Below are positions 47,130-48,026 of a stretch of DNA of 48,026 nucleotides, piece by piece. Position numbers and translations under genes: made by a program. Where the stretch lies: assembly GCA_964428945.1 (NCBI GenBank), contig CAYSAH010000001.1, positions 1 to 48,026 on the forward strand, in the 5' to 3' direction. How positions within the stretch are numbered: the first letter of the stretch is position 1; each line of letters opens with the position of its first letter. The notes below the pieces were generated by a model that saw only the letters and a list, made by a program, of their open reading frames with translations, searched no databases and had not been told where the DNA came from. The DNA is from an uncultured Bacteroidaceae bacterium (GTDB taxonomy: Bacteria; Bacteroidota; Bacteroidia; Bacteroidales; GCA-2748055).

Positions 47130-47215
47130 GATATTTTTGTTTCAGATTTTTTTGTGTAATTCCGCAGCCAAAGTGACCTTTCTTTCAGGCTGGCCTTATT
47201 GCAGTGCCTGTCCAA

Positions 47216-47977
47216 TCACCTGACCTTTTTCATATTTTGCTGTGAAAAGAAGGAATCTGGTATAGGTGGATTGAATTCGATCTCCTTAATTTCAATTATG
47301 GTTTTATTTCCGGGTTCCTCTTCAGGGATCAATTCAATCTTACCTGGTATCAACCTTCCGTCCATCATTTTAATTTCGCTGCCTATCTCTGTCCGGATAA
47401 GATATCCGTCTTCATCATAAAGTGCTGCTTTCATGAAAAGGAAATCCTTTTTGTCTATCCAACGGATCTGGTGTCCCCAAATTACGGCAGCTTCTTCCCT
47501 GGCTGTCATTTTTATTTTGTAGCAATCACGTCCGTCAAGGATCTCCGATCCAATAATCTCATGGGTATAGTCTTTTACCATCGATGATTCTTTTAAAATA
47601 TCGTCATTTGTGTAGTCCGAACCCATCCAACCCTGAGACATCATGGAAACAGGGAGTTTTATCAACCTGCTGATAGACGGATTCCAGTTCCACATCTCGT
47701 TTCCCCTTTTTAAGAAAGTCTGACCCTTTTCACTTGAAGGAGCTGTGATCAGCGTCAATGAGTTTTCAGTTCCCATATTCCAGCTTTTGAATTCAACGGT
47801 TCGCTGCCAGGTCGGCCTGACAATGGTCATTGCCATAAGCGAAATTCCTGATTCTTCGCCATTGAACTTTTCATCTGCCTTTTGAATGATCTCTGTGGCA
47901 GTCAGCGATCCCTGGGCGAAAGCCGATAATGGAAGAAGTAGAGCGAAAAAAGCAAGATATTTTTTAATTGTCTTCAT
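47216..47977 (-). CDS. LolA-like 'outer membrane lipoprotein-sorting' family protein (periplasmic)
   Basis: 253-aa ORF. Signal peptide MKTIKKYLAFFALLLPLSAFAQ. LTATEIIQKAD..., EKGQTFLKRGNEMWNWNP and WMGSDYTNDD resemble the LolA_like family as I recall it. Confidence 0.7.
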   Translation of the reverse strand: MKTIKKYLAFFALLLPLSAFAQGSLTATEIIQKADEKFNGEESGISLMAMTIVRPTWQRTVEFKSWNMGTENSLTLITAPSSEKGQTFLKRGNEMWNWNPSISRLIKLPVSMMSQGWMGSDYTNDDILKESSMVKDYTHEIIGSEILDGRDCYKIKMTAREEAAVIWGHQIRWIDKKDFLFMKAALYDEDGYLIRTEIGSEIKMMDGRLIPGKIELIPEEEPGNKTIIEIKEIEFNPPIPDSFFSQQNMKKVR

Positions 47978-48026
47978 GTTTCAGTGTGTAGGTATTAATT
48001 ATTCGTTCTTCAAATTTTTCAAACAG

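Overview
48-kb chromosomal segment with Bacteroidota hallmarks: two SusC/SusD pairs, T9SS C-terminal sorting domains, lipoprotein Cys signal peptides and exact TAnnTTTG -7 boxes. It uses the standard code (TGA serves as a stop). I support 30 protein genes (26 on the minus strand), one multiply disrupted pseudogene and one tRNA. Left to right: a MerR/B12 (CarH-like) regulator truncated by the window edge; an O-methyltransferase and M16 peptidase; tRNA-Phe(GAA). Then a ~1.1-kb gene-poor, repeat-rich tract holding a 20-bp duplication of the tRNA 3' end and a strictly phased 21-bp repeat array. Next a galactan-type PUL (GH2, GH53, SusE-like, SusD, SusC); a decayed SusE/F-like T9SS-cargo pseudogene; GH16 with a T9SS CTD; a cation/proton antiporter; an RND tripartite efflux operon. 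Then a periplasmic propeller/Y_Y_Y sensor fused to a PP2C phosphatase; a GT-C-like membrane protein; a second SusC/SusD pair with no CAZymes; GT2; an orphan double-FtsX permease. Finally DUF4395 plus a DsrE-like protein; a 741-aa TPR protein; deoC, a MazG-like gene and dtd; and a five-gene LolCDE/LolA-like plus beta-barrel operon. I see no integrase, transposase, CRISPR array or recognisable defence genes. The best candidates for something undescribed are (i) the 21-bp iteron-like array beside the tRNA att-like duplication, (ii) the Lol-like trans-envelope operon, and (iii) the HTCS-type sensor with a PP2C output. None is a clear-cut novel system. All family calls come from motif recognition by eye on the supplied translations, not from database searches.
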